From sequence record OR339795: 64,000 bases of DNA. One strand, 5' to 3'. The DNA is from Escherichia phage phi456. Shown piece after piece: positions 1-12,593 of the stretch. The notes beneath the pieces were generated by a model. It had not been told where the DNA came from. It did no database searches and saw nothing but the letters and a program-made list of their open reading frames with translations. How positions within the stretch are numbered: position 1 is the first letter of the stretch; each line of letters opens with the position of its first letter. The position numbers and the translations under genes were made by a program.

Positions 1-618
1 GAAGTAAGAACCCATGTCCGTTTCTTCTGCGTAAGGCTTATCGATGTTGCGTGTGTTATCACGACCACCGAACGGAACGTTACCCACAACATGGTCGAAT
101 GAATCGTTAGGCGTGCTTACAGCCAGTTGTTCGAACGGAGAAATCTGTACGCTGTCTTCCGGGTGCAACAGCTGGTTTATACGACCGGAAACACTGCTGA
201 TCTCAGTCGCGGTCATCACCGTACCAACCGGTTTTGTCTCATTAAAAACGCCGGTTCCCGCCGATGGTTCCAGAGTGTTACCTACGTCCGCGCCGTAGAG
301 CTTCATGATCTCCCAGACACCTTCAGCGATCGGCTTTGGTGTGTAATATTCGGAGACGGACCCGCCAATGCCGCCTTCGCCGGTGTACCCAGCCAGGATC
401 TGGCGCTGTTCATCTGTCAGTGTCGCGCCGTCCACCAGCGAATTAAGCAAATCTATCGCCTTCTGATTCGCCTCCCGGCGTAGTCGGTCATAGCTTTTGC
501 CTTCCACCTTTTCCACGCCGTATCTAATCGGCGCTCGGTGAGATGTTATTGCCCTAATGTATTTCAATATTTCGCTGACACTTGAACAGCGAAACACCCC
601 TATAGATAGCTTGTTCAT
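1..618 (-). CDS. darB: DarB-like protein, N-terminal SAM-dependent DNA methyltransferase domain (partial; ORF runs off window start)
   Basis: Minus-strand ORF starts at ATG 616-618 and stays open to position 1. Own translation MNKLSIGVF...LEPSAGTGVF...GNVPFGG shows an MTase motif I (GxG) and an NPPF-like motif IV. Sits divergent from the portal gene. Not in the ORF track because it is truncated. Confidence 0.45.
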   Translation of the reverse strand, partial: MNKLSIGVFRCSSVSEILKYIRAITSHRAPIRYGVEKVEGKSYDRLRREANQKAIDLLNSLVDGATLTDEQRQILAGYTGEGGIGGSVSEYYTPKPIAEGVWEIMKLYGADVGNTLEPSAGTGVFNETKPVGTVMTATEISSVSGRINQLLHPEDSVQISPFEQLAVSTPNDSFDHVVGNVPFGGRDNTRNIDKPYAEETDMGSYF

Positions 619-684
619 TGGTAATCCTTAACAAGTGACTAGTGTTAAATTCCGTTCAAACACGATGCGAATTATTCTAATTAA

Positions 685-3415
<2,731 letters not shown>

Positions 3416-3426
3416 CCACCAAAAAT

Positions 3427-3448
3427 AACCCCGGCAGCTGCCGGGGTT
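3427..3448. terminator. GC-rich hairpin between convergent pro and lyz-operon ends
   Basis: AACCCCGGCAGCTGCCGGGGTT perfect stem; on the minus strand it is followed by a T-run. Confidence 0.55.
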
Positions 3449-3459
3449 CTCGTTAACTA

Positions 3460-3720
3460 TTATCGCCTTCGCCTGCGTGCCATATATTTGCGCACCGCGC
3501 GGCGTGGACAATCTGAAGCGGTTTCTTTCTGCTGCATCAATCTCGCAGCCATGCTCAAAAATGTCAGGCACAGCCGAAGCCCGGCATACAATAGCGGTTC
3601 CAGTGGCCACGTCTCATTGAGCACATATACCGCCATGAAAATCGAGTCAAAAACTATCGCCGCCAGCGATAACTTCATTGTCGAAAGTCGGCGGAGCTGC
3701 CGGAGTTTATTCATTGACAA
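3460..3720 (-). CDS. small membrane protein with Arg-rich C-terminus downstream of endolysin (lysis accessory candidate)
   Basis: 86-aa ORF overlapping the lyz stop; hydrophobic segment LSLAAIVFDSIFMAVYVL and C-terminal RRRRR; followed by the terminator. Confidence 0.3.
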   Translation of the reverse strand: MSMNKLRQLRRLSTMKLSLAAIVFDSIFMAVYVLNETWPLEPLLYAGLRLCLTFLSMAARLMQQKETASDCPRRAVRKYMARRRRR

Positions 3721-4264
3721 GCCCCGTCAGGCAAAGCTGGCGTTCTTTTTCACGGCGAATCTTTAAACCTCGCAGGGGCACGCCGTTACTGTTCACGAAA
3801 TCAGGGAGATGGTTACACATATTCACCCATTCCCCTTTCTGCGCCCACTTGTGGATGGACGTTTCTACTCGCATGCCTCGCGCTTTGCTGTAGTAGGTCC
3901 GTAAGCTATTGCATCCCATATTGAATGCCGCGCTTGTCATTGCACTGAAGGCATTATCGGGCATGTCTTTGCCCCGGAAGTGCTGATTAATACAGCGTTC
4001 AGCGATCAGGATATTCTTTTCCCAATCAGCGGCGATTTGCTGGTCGGTTTTTCGCACACCCGGCGTTACCCCGTGTGTATTACCGATCCCGTCAGTCCAT
4101 ACCCCCGCCGGGCACATGTATGGATCACGTCGGCAACCTTCAGCGTTACCAATCAGCTCAAGCCCCGCCTGGTTGGTTCGCACATTGCCATTACCCATCA
4201 CGATGGTAATCATCACCGCGATAGCGCAAATTGCACCGCCTCCTGCGGCTGTTTTTCCCTTCAT
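3707..4264 (-). CDS. lyz: SAR endolysin (GH24 lysozyme), P1 Lyz
   Basis: From internal Met: MKGKTAAGGGAICAIAVMITIV... (signal-anchor-release segment) then EGCRRDPYMCPAGVWTDGIGNTHG catalytic region; 185 aa; recognised as P1 Lyz from memory. Confidence 0.9.
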   Translation of the reverse strand: MKGKTAAGGGAICAIAVMITIVMGNGNVRTNQAGLELIGNAEGCRRDPYMCPAGVWTDGIGNTHGVTPGVRKTDQQIAADWEKNILIAERCINQHFRGKDMPDNAFSAMTSAAFNMGCNSLRTYYSKARGMRVETSIHKWAQKGEWVNMCNHLPDFVNSNGVPLRGLKIRREKERQLCLTGLVNE

Positions 4265-4397
4265 AAAGACCTCATAAGCGAATTTTTTACGCTCCAGGAC
4301 AAACACCCATTCACAGCCAATACCGACTGACTCGATCCCTTTAGAAGGCACAGGATAATGCAAATCACTTGTTAGCTACGTTTCAAAGATATACATT

Positions 4398-4414
4398 ATT
4401 GCTCTAATTAATTT
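4398..4414 (+). promoter_or_regulatory. C1 repressor operator-like site
   Basis: ATTGCTCTAATTAATTT, close to the P1 C1 operator consensus ATTGCTCTAATAAATTT as I recall it; sits between divergent lyz and ssb. Confidence 0.5.
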
Positions 4415-4433
4415 ATTTTATTAGGTAAGATAA

Positions 4434-4922
4434 GTGGCACAACGCGGTGTAAACAAAGTCATCCTGATTGGTACCCTGGGGCAAGACCCGGAGATCAGGT
4501 ATATACCAAATGGCGGAGCGGTCGGAAGACTCAGCATCGCAACGAATGAATCATGGCGCGACAAGCAAACGGGCCAACAGAAAGAGCAAACAGAATGGCA
4601 TAAAGTCGTTTTGTTCGGAAAACTTGCTGAAATTGCGAGTGAGTATTTACGAAAAGGTTCTCAGGTCTACATCGAAGGAAAACTTAAAACCCGTAAGTGG
4701 ACAGATGACGCCGGTGTAGAACGTTACACGACGGAAATTATCGTCAGCCAGGGCGGCACCATGCAAATGATCGGCGCTCGCCGCGACGATTCACAATTCT
4801 CAAATGGCTGGGGGCAGTCAAACCAACCTCAAAACCACCAGCAATACAGCGGTGGCAGTAAACCTCAGAGCAACGCCAATAGCGAACCTCCAATGGACTT
4901 TGAAGACGATATTCCATTTTGA
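4434..4922 (+). CDS. ssb: single-stranded DNA-binding protein
   Basis: GTG start; OB-fold N-terminus, Gly/Gln-rich linker and acidic C-terminal DDIPF tail. Confidence 0.95.
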   Translation: MAQRGVNKVILIGTLGQDPEIRYIPNGGAVGRLSIATNESWRDKQTGQQKEQTEWHKVVLFGKLAEIASEYLRKGSQVYIEGKLKTRKWTDDAGVERYTTEIIVSQGGTMQMIGARRDDSQFSNGWGQSNQPQNHQQYSGGSKPQSNANSEPPMDFEDDIPF

Positions 4923-4959
4923 GAGGGCTGAAAGTTGCTCGATTACTTAAAAATAACTT

Positions 4960-5140
4960 TACCTAATTGGTGTAAAAAAATGGGCGCAACAAAGCGCCCC
5001 AACAATAGAGTTTCAAATTAATAAAAAGGTAATAAATAACATGAAGTTAAATTGAGAAGAGGCAATTTTATTGCCTCTTCAAAGGTGGCATGAGGGTGCC
5101 ACCTATATGCGGGCAGTGACATCACTCCCTTCCCGCATAT
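4960..5140. terminator. cluster of four stem-loops between convergent ssb and porin genes
   Basis: GGGCGCAACAAAGCGCCC, GAAGAGGCAATTTTATTGCCTCTTC, GGTGGCATGAGGGTGCCACC and GCGGGCAGTGACATCACTCCCTTCCCGC palindromes within about 180 bp. Confidence 0.4.
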
Positions 5141-5155
5141 TCTTACCTACCAAAA

Positions 5156-6268
5156 TTAGAATTGGTAGGTCATACCAACAGCAACGATGTTGTCGGTTGC
5201 AACCTCAGATCTTTTGGTAAATTCACTTTCATCAATCAGGTTGATCTTGTAGTCAACGAAAGCGGACATATTTTTGTTGAAGTAATAAGTCGCACCCAAG
5301 TCGATGTATTCAACCAGATCCTGGCTGCCGAACGCACCAATATTTTCACCGCGAGAGTGCAGATAAGCGATGGACGGACGCAGGCCGAAATCAAACTGGT
5401 ATTGAGCAACAGCTTCAAAGTTTTTCGCCTTGTTCGCGATAAAGTCATCACCGAAGACAGTCATATTCTGAGTTTCAGAATAAGTTGCAGCCAGGTAAAT
5501 GTTATTTGCGTCATATTTCAGGCCAGTAGCCCATACTTCAGCAGTTTTACCAGAAGCATTCAGAGGATCCTTTTTAGCATAGGATACCTGCCCATCAGTA
5601 CGATCAGATTTTGCATAGGTTGCACCAACGCCAAATCCTTCATAATCGTAAGTAGCAGACAGACCAAAGCCATCACCATTAGATTCAACTACGTCACGGC
5701 CTTTCCAGTTGTTCACTTTTGCAGCACTATCATTTTTACCTTGATACTGCAAAGCAAAGTTCAGACCATCAACCAGGCCGAAGAAATCATTGTTACGGTA
5801 GGTGGCTACGCCAGTAGCACGCTGGGTCATAAATACATCGGTCTGAGTCCAGGTATCTCCACCAAACTCAGGCAGCACGTCAGTCCAAGCGCCAATATCA
5901 TAAGCTACACCATAGTTGCGACCATAGTCGATTGAACCATAATCAGCAAAACGGAGGCCAGCAAATGCAAGACGAGTTTTATCTTTATCAGAGCCCTCAG
6001 ATTCAGTACGGTTACCTTTAAATTCGTACTCCCACTGACCAAAACCGGTTAACTGGTCATTAATCTGAGTTTCACCTTTGAATCCCAGACGAGCATAAGT
6101 CTTATCTCCGTCATCACTAGCTGAAGAAGAGAAGTAATGTTCTGCGTTAACTTTGCCGTACAGATCCAGTTTATTACCGTCTTTGTTGTAGATTTCAGCT
6201 GCTTGCGCAGACATTGCCATCAGGACAGATGCTGCAACCGCAGAGAGTGCCACTGTGATTTTTTTCAT
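5156..6268 (-). CDS. outer membrane general porin (OmpC/OmpF/PhoE family)
   Basis: 370 aa; signal peptide ending AQA, then [29 protein letters not shown] motifs and C-terminal ...YQF barrel terminus. Confidence 0.9.
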   Translation of the reverse strand: MKKITVALSAVAASVLMAMSAQAAEIYNKDGNKLDLYGKVNAEHYFSSSASDDGDKTYARLGFKGETQINDQLTGFGQWEYEFKGNRTESEGSDKDKTRLAFAGLRFADYGSIDYGRNYGVAYDIGAWTDVLPEFGGDTWTQTDVFMTQRATGVATYRNNDFFGLVDGLNFALQYQGKNDSAAKVNNWKGRDVVESNGDGFGLSATYDYEGFGVGATYAKSDRTDGQVSYAKKDPLNASGKTAEVWATGLKYDANNIYLAATYSETQNMTVFGDDFIANKAKNFEAVAQYQFDFGLRPSIAYLHSRGENIGAFGSQDLVEYIDLGATYYFNKNMSAFVDYKINLIDESEFTKRSEVATDNIVAVGMTYQF

Positions 6269-7009
6269 TTTTTTTGCCCTTTAGATTGAACTTTTCAGTA
6301 GAAAAGAAGTCACTGCGGACAAATGTTTATCTTTTTTGGATTCGTGTTTCAAGTTTTGCAAATAAAAATCAAGGTATTTTTGTGATCAAAATCACAAATA
6401 ATAGCCTTGAAAACCCAATGGACTATTAGAAAAAACTCAATTCACAGAATAAAAATTGACAAAATAGATCAAAAAACAATCAAAAATAAGCACAAAAGAC
6501 AAACAATTAAATTATCACAAAAATAATAACTGTCAAAAATAGATAGCCTGTTAATTAACAGGGCTTTAATGGATGTAGACTTGAAATCTACTTAAAAATT
6601 AGAATCAAATTAATTACTGCCGATTGGGTATTAAATTGAATCTATATTGTGAGAGTTAAAGACGATGTGTTTTAGTTATAAATGTTATTCCCTAAAATGG
6701 AGCGGTCTCATCGAATCCTGATTAATAACGAGCTAAGCTAATTCATTTTAGTATGTGTATATCTTTACCCTCTGAATATGCAATAAAGAAGAGATATTAA
6801 ACAATATGTAGCTTCAGGATTGACTCTGGAAGAATTAAAAGATCGACTAAAGTGTTCAATATGTGGTGAGCGAAACGCAAAAATTAATTTTTTTTGATCT
6901 AACATATTAGGTAACGGCTTGCTTCCATAACCTAAAGCAAGCCACTACGCGTTTACTTTAAGTACACAATTAACATATCAGAACAGATTATTTTTGCACA
7001 ATCAGGGAG

Positions 7010-7321
7010 TTAATATACGATCTGGTCTACATGATCACCAAAATCATCATCGTCGTCGTCATCATCGCCACCATCTACTGCTGGCCAATCAACAAACCAG
7101 CCAGCGTAAAGATGCAGCGTTCGGAGAACATCACTTGCGGGAGCATCAAGGGTGTTAACGAATCCCATATAGCTATTGGGATTTGCCCCAGCTATGGCTT
7201 CAGCGATCATGTCCTCGGTAATGTCACCGGAGATAATGCTTAAACGCCCGGAAACTTCTTCATTATCATCAAATTCGATAATGGCATCTCCGCCTAATGG
7301 CGCTGCGATTTTAATCTGCAT
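7010..7321 (-). CDS. small highly acidic protein with an 8-Asp tract (distal gene of the dar operon)
   Basis: 103 aa, about 24 D/E against about 3 K/R, run DDDDDDDD; overlaps the ddrB stop. Confidence 0.5.
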   Translation of the reverse strand: MQIKIAAPLGGDAIIEFDDNEEVSGRLSIISGDITEDMIAEAIAGANPNSYMGFVNTLDAPASDVLRTLHLYAGWFVDWPAVDGGDDDDDDDDFGDHVDQIVY

Positions 7322-10298
7322 TATTTAGCTCCTTTGCCACACCTAATAACAGTTCCAGCAATCCGTCACCATTCATCAGTGATGCGGCAGCGGCCTCTTT
7401 GTCATGATACAACTGAAGAGCCATAGAGAATACTTCCGTTGCTGACGTTTTGGAAATAGTCGGTGATTTCTGCCGAATTTTCCCGGTGTTACTTACTGAG
7501 GCTGGCGGGTATACCTTCGCCATATAAATATTACTCAATCGAGATCTGAAGCACCATTCAGGCTTGCCACGCCCACCGATATTAACGAAAGATGGCTTAT
7601 CCCCTTCAACATTGGCCTTCAGGAATGACCGGGCTTTCTCTAACAAACCAGGGTTACTGTACTCAAGATGATGACCCAGCTCGTGCCACAGTGCACTTGC
7701 ATTTTCATCGTTCAAATTGACAGCAACAACACCATTAAGATTTGCATATGCCCTTCCCTGGTGGTGAACCACCTTTGATAAGGTCGAAATTTTACCGCCG
7801 GTCAGGCGATAAATATCAGCAAGTTCCTTGCGCAGGTCTATCCCACCATTCTGTCCAGCGCGGGCTTCTTCCACTTCTTCCGTGATAAAAGAGTCGGCCC
7901 ACTCAAGAGCTTTTTCTTCAGATACGGATGAGTTTGCGATCGCACTGTTCATGGCAGATAACACTTTCTCGTGGACCGAACCCATTCTTCGCTGATTCAT
8001 TTGCCAGCGTGTCTGCGGGTTATATGAGAATCGCTTAAGTAGTTGGTCAAGCTGCTCAAGTTCTTCTTCACTGACATACCTTTTAGCCTCACCAATAATG
8101 CCAGGGAGAATATTGCCGTTAGGATTAAACGCTCGCGAAAGGAAGAGTTTCAGCGCCCCCATGCCCTCCGATGCTTCAATATCACCAATAACCCGGTTAA
8201 CAATGGCCGCACTCTTCGGATTAGCATCCGCCAACGCTCTGGCTACAATTTGCAGGGACGATACGACCTCACGCTGCATATCAGTCCTGATCTCATCAAT
8301 AAACTCTGGCGTTATGCCGTGCTCTTTAAGGATATCCCTGCCTTCCGCCGTTACCCCATCGATATCACCGACATGTTTATTAACCCGACTTTGCAATGCC
8401 TTAAATGCCTTCAGAATTCCACGGGAATCATCCGCTTTACTAACGGCCTTCCTGAATGCTGGCAAGAAGTCTGAGTTAACCTCATTTTGTTGATCGGCCC
8501 ACTGAATGGAGGCTTCTTTCATCTCGTCCAGAGTCAGATCACCCAACGCGGTATGGTCTGTGAATATGAGCGACAACCTCTGAACCATTTCTGCCAATGG
8601 TGATGCCGAATGCGCCGCGCTAAGGAATGCTTTCACCCTGGTTGGGCGAATGGAAAACCAGTCAATAGCTGGTGGCATATCTCCGTTTTTTATCGCCTGC
8701 GCTATCTCGTCAAAGCCATCGCGCCCAAGGGAAGATGCGTGATTTAACAAGCCGCGAAGTAACGAATTGCTGATACCGAATAATCGGCACCATTTTTTCA
8801 CGTCGGCAACAGGCATTCGAACAAAATGCGCAAGCACTTGTACAAGCTGTTCATCCTGGGGATCTGTGCGGGAAAGCAGCCTGATCAGATGAATAATGTC
8901 TTTGATGCCGGATGCCCGATGTAATAGCAAACTGGTATACGGAGCAACACCGTTGTAACTACCGCCGGAAACGGACTCGAAAAGACCGCCGGATATCCCT
9001 TGCATGCCTTCGTTTTCCAGTTCCTGAGACACCTGGCGAAGGATATCCTGTAACGACACATCGCCGCCGCCAAACATATCCCCCAGCGCCTGGCCCTGGT
9101 GCTGTAACTCATCATTGATACGTTGAGCCATCAACTTAAAGGCGGTGGCCATACGCTTCGCGCTACGGTTATTCGCGACGATGAACAACGCGAGAGCTTT
9201 CACTTCCGGGGCTGTTTCGCTGAACATATCCCCCTGAGCAATAACATCGGTAATATGTTGGCCTGACTCCTTCGATTGCCTTACCAGGTCTACCGCATCT
9301 TTCAATGCCGCCAGCGCCTTTTTATCGAGACTATCCGCTGTCTCAATGCCATCAACAATAGTTGTCACAGCCTGCTTGTGCGCTTCACCTGATAAAGCCT
9401 GCATCTGGACAAAATCATTGGCTGCCGCATTAAGCGCCGTCAGAACATTACGCATATCTGGATCAGGTTCTTCTGCAACCATCCTTACCAGGCGCGCATC
9501 CTTATATGCCTTGGCAAAGATCGCGTTTTGTATACGGTCTACAAGTTGCCGTGTTGGTCGCCCATCTTCAGTTACAAGGCCAGCCGCCTGTGTGGCACCA
9601 ACTTGCGTCATAAATCCGCGAATAAACGCGTTATTACTGCGGCTAAGCAGATCTCCGCTTTCTGACGGGTTAAAAAGCGCCATCATCGCCGGTGTTATGC
9701 TGTCGGCATCAACAAAAGCCTTTTCACTGGCTGCCATTTCCTGGAGATCAGAAATATTTGAGTCCTTGGCAAACTGAACACGGTCAACCTTCGTTAACCG
9801 GCGGCGCACCAGTACCGGAGCCGTCATTGATTCAACCTTTTCAGGCCGTATGCCGAATTCGGTCGCATGTTCAATCAGGTACTCCCGATACCGATCCGCA
9901 TTACCGTCCTGATAGGCTTTAATGATCCCCATGGTCCGCCCATTACCTGACTCAACGGCATTGTCCTCACCAATTATCGGCGCACCATGGCTGGATAAAC
10001 CGGAATCAGTAAGCTGAGCAGGCCGCAAATCTTTGGATATCTGGTTAACCTGAAGAAGGCTGGATGCGCGGGTCCGGTCGCGCGGCTGAAGTTCCTGGGG
10101 ATAGTCAGGATTAATTTTCCCATCCAGAGTATTGGATACCAAAAGAGCTGAGGCATCGACGATATCAAACGCTGTTTTTACCTCGTCTCCCTTCGCTGTC
10201 ACCACATACGAAACCCGCCCATAATCGGGCAGGTTCTTAAGCAGCTCGATCAGCGTTTCTATGCTGGTGGCCATTACCACCTGATCGCTTAAGCTCAT
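7311..10298 (-). CDS. ddrB: DdrB-like antirestriction-associated protein
   Basis: 995-aa ORF in the hdf-darA-ddrA-ddrB order; contains WHELGHHLE (HExxH) near the C-terminal quarter. Confidence 0.5.
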   Translation of the reverse strand: MSLSDQVVMATSIETLIELLKNLPDYGRVSYVVTAKGDEVKTAFDIVDASALLVSNTLDGKINPDYPQELQPRDRTRASSLLQVNQISKDLRPAQLTDSGLSSHGAPIIGEDNAVESGNGRTMGIIKAYQDGNADRYREYLIEHATEFGIRPEKVESMTAPVLVRRRLTKVDRVQFAKDSNISDLQEMAASEKAFVDADSITPAMMALFNPSESGDLLSRSNNAFIRGFMTQVGATQAAGLVTEDGRPTRQLVDRIQNAIFAKAYKDARLVRMVAEEPDPDMRNVLTALNAAANDFVQMQALSGEAHKQAVTTIVDGIETADSLDKKALAALKDAVDLVRQSKESGQHITDVIAQGDMFSETAPEVKALALFIVANNRSAKRMATAFKLMAQRINDELQHQGQALGDMFGGGDVSLQDILRQVSQELENEGMQGISGGLFESVSGGSYNGVAPYTSLLLHRASGIKDIIHLIRLLSRTDPQDEQLVQVLAHFVRMPVADVKKWCRLFGISNSLLRGLLNHASSLGRDGFDEIAQAIKNGDMPPAIDWFSIRPTRVKAFLSAAHSASPLAEMVQRLSLIFTDHTALGDLTLDEMKEASIQWADQQNEVNSDFLPAFRKAVSKADDSRGILKAFKALQSRVNKHVGDIDGVTAEGRDILKEHGITPEFIDEIRTDMQREVVSSLQIVARALADANPKSAAIVNRVIGDIEASEGMGALKLFLSRAFNPNGNILPGIIGEAKRYVSEEELEQLDQLLKRFSYNPQTRWQMNQRRMGSVHEKVLSAMNSAIANSSVSEEKALEWADSFITEEVEEARAGQNGGIDLRKELADIYRLTGGKISTLSKVVHHQGRAYANLNGVVAVNLNDENASALWHELGHHLEYSNPGLLEKARSFLKANVEGDKPSFVNIGGRGKPEWCFRSRLSNIYMAKVYPPASVSNTGKIRQKSPTISKTSATEVFSMALQLYHDKEAAAASLMNGDGLLELLLGVAKELNNAD

Positions 10299-10310
10299 CC
10301 CTGTTACGCC

Positions 10311-10676
10311 TTATGCTGCCTCTTCAATGTTGGCGGCTATCCATGCCGCCGTGTGCTGTTTAACCTGGTCCAGGTCGATGTATGTGCCAACATATTGACT
10401 CAAGTCCTGCAAGGTACCGATAAATGCATCTGTGCTCTGATCGACGAATTTATCAGCCAGGAAATCAGCAACCAGTTTTGGCACACCATCATGTACCGAA
10501 GGTTGTTTTTCCTCGCCACTACTGCCGCCGGACGCGCCGTACCCCATCTGTTGCATGATCTGGTCAATTTCATCGCTGATATCCAGCAACTCCATGCCAC
10601 TCGCGGTAGCCGCTTTGGACATCAGAGCATCCAACTTATCGCTGAGATCCATTAACTCAATAGCTGATAGTGTCAT
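10311..10676 (-). CDS. ddrA: DdrA-like protein
   Basis: 121-aa ORF between darA and ddrB, overlapping the darA stop; assigned by synteny. Confidence 0.5.
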   Translation of the reverse strand: MTLSAIELMDLSDKLDALMSKAATASGMELLDISDEIDQIMQQMGYGASGGSSGEEKQPSVHDGVPKLVADFLADKFVDQSTDAFIGTLQDLSQYVGTYIDLDQVKQHTAAWIAANIEEAA

Positions 10677-12592
10677 GCCGCTACCCCCGCTTTCTGGATT
10701 GCTACCAGCAGATCAGCCAGGTGGCGAGCAGCGCCATTAACCAGCTCTTCGTTTTCCTCAAAACGTCCGGCAGCCTGAAGGGCTGCAATCGCTTCCCGGA
10801 CATTGCCCCGGGCGTTACGGATCTCCGCCATGTCAGTGCTTTGCATATCCATCACGTTATTGAGATATTCAATGGCTTTATTAGCCTCTGCATCTGCTTC
10901 GCTAACCGTTTCATCAGGCTGTGCCGGGGCCGGTTCTGGCTGAGTAATCTCACCGACTTCGGCCTGCAATGCATTGATCATGCTCTGCACCATTTTCTCG
11001 GTGCCAGCGCCCCCCGGAAACGCAATATTGGGGAAAGTTTTTTGAAACTGAGTCTTCAGCATTACGCGGAACTCGTCTGGTGAGCTGGTGGCCAGCTCCA
11101 GAGCTTTTTGTGCATATTTGCCAAACGGACCATTAGTAAGTGTCTTCGCCAGGAAGTCGAAAGAATCCTCGCGAGGCAATAACTTCAGGTCGTACTCACT
11201 CATTTGCTGATCAGAAAGCGGGGTATCGTAAGTAGCAATGCCGTAGCGTGCATATTCATAATACGGGTCACCTTCATCAGGGCGCGGCAGAATTGCTTTG
11301 TTACCTTCAGGTATTGCGCCAGGGGCCGCCGGACGCATTTGCAGGGCATATCGATATGCACCTACAGAGACTTCTGGTTCAGGCGAAGAGCTACCGGTAT
11401 CCTCCGCTGGTTCAGGTTCGACGTTTTCCGGTTTATGTTCTTCTGGTTGGACCAGGTATTCCGATACATTACCCGCTTTATAGGCTTTAAACAGCTTGCC
11501 GATCGCATCTGCCATGTCCACACCCTGTATGGATTTAGCCTTGATCATGTACACGCTGCCATCCGAATCGGTTAACTGGATATACCCTTCACCGTCCTCA
11601 ATGAATTGCTTCATTGATGCACCATTACTGAGCGTCACTTCCCCGTTCATATGCATACGATTTTTGATACTTGCAAGGCGATCCGTCATCGCGCGAGAGT
11701 GTCCACCAGTCATCCCCGCAGGAGCAATGGTTTCGCGCCCACCAGTGCGATTGAGCTGATCAATCTCCGTCTGCAAACGCTCATTCTCTTCATAAAGAGA
11801 ATCCGCTTCCGATGCAACAGCGTTAATTTTCTGCTCCAGATCTACCTTCTGCCCTTCTACCGCTGCCACCTGATCCGCGAGGTCGCTCATGGCATCCTCT
11901 TTCTGGTCACTGTCAGCCTGTAGTTGGGTTATTTCATCAACCAGGGCTTTTTTCTTCTTCTGCGCACGCTGGAATTTTGCCGAGTTTTTCTCTGCAAGGT
12001 TGGCAAGTTTCATGGTGACCTGCGCCAGCGTCATATCACGTCCACTCATCGGAGCAACGGTGTGAGTAACGTCTTTTTTATTCAGTAAGAACTGGAAAGC
12101 AACCAGCGTATCGCTATTGGTGATCCGGTTTTCCGCTGTCGGGCTATGAAACAGAATGCTGATAGTCTGACCATCACTGAGCGGAATAATGGCTGGCAGG
12201 ACCGGCAGCCCGTTAACGTTACGTGCCCGGCCAATTTCAGCCCCGCCGATCGCGCGTGCACCGTTCTGGGCCACATCCCCCGTTTTATCACTCCCCGCAG
12301 AGATTCCGGTACCATTCAGCTTCTGGTTCAATGCCCGGACAAATGCCTGCATGGTCCGGTGTAACTGCAAACGAGTAGAACTAATCGCCTCCAGTAAATC
12401 CGTAGCACACCAGTGGATCGGCGTGTCATAGAAGAACGTAGCCTCGATTTCCTCCAGGGTGTTGGATTCCGTCATCAGATAGCGGTCCTCACCGGCCATT
12501 AATGCGCGATATTCATCATCAGTCACTGGCGGGGGAAGCACGTCAAGCCCAGGCTTGAGCGTCACCCCTTTATTGATATTGAACTGTTCCAT
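10673..12592 (-). CDS. darA: DarA antirestriction head protein
   Basis: 639 aa, the size I recall for P1 DarA; shares the segment KNSAKFQ(R/K)... with the adjacent Hdf. Confidence 0.7.
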   Translation of the reverse strand: MEQFNINKGVTLKPGLDVLPPPVTDDEYRALMAGEDRYLMTESNTLEEIEATFFYDTPIHWCATDLLEAISSTRLQLHRTMQAFVRALNQKLNGTGISAGSDKTGDVAQNGARAIGGAEIGRARNVNGLPVLPAIIPLSDGQTISILFHSPTAENRITNSDTLVAFQFLLNKKDVTHTVAPMSGRDMTLAQVTMKLANLAEKNSAKFQRAQKKKKALVDEITQLQADSDQKEDAMSDLADQVAAVEGQKVDLEQKINAVASEADSLYEENERLQTEIDQLNRTGGRETIAPAGMTGGHSRAMTDRLASIKNRMHMNGEVTLSNGASMKQFIEDGEGYIQLTDSDGSVYMIKAKSIQGVDMADAIGKLFKAYKAGNVSEYLVQPEEHKPENVEPEPAEDTGSSSPEPEVSVGAYRYALQMRPAAPGAIPEGNKAILPRPDEGDPYYEYARYGIATYDTPLSDQQMSEYDLKLLPREDSFDFLAKTLTNGPFGKYAQKALELATSSPDEFRVMLKTQFQKTFPNIAFPGGAGTEKMVQSMINALQAEVGEITQPEPAPAQPDETVSEADAEANKAIEYLNNVMDMQSTDMAEIRNARGNVREAIAALQAAGRFEENEELVNGAARHLADLLVAIQKAGVAA

Positions 12593-12593
12593 G

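Noticed and set aside
44-483. Plus-strand ORFs 44..298 and 127..483
   Set aside because: They lie antisense to the much longer minus-strand DarB-like ORF with clear MTase motifs; no RBS or recognisable domains.
5162-5935. 257-aa plus-strand ORF
   Set aside because: Entirely antisense to the porin gene, which has unmistakable porin motifs.
6269-7010. micF-like sRNA divergent from the porin gene
   Set aside because: No segment resembling the micF sequence I recall; only a generic hairpin, so kept as a question inside the porin finding.
8043-8493. Plus-strand ORFs 8043..8474 and 8098..8493
   Set aside because: Antisense to the 995-aa DdrB-like gene.
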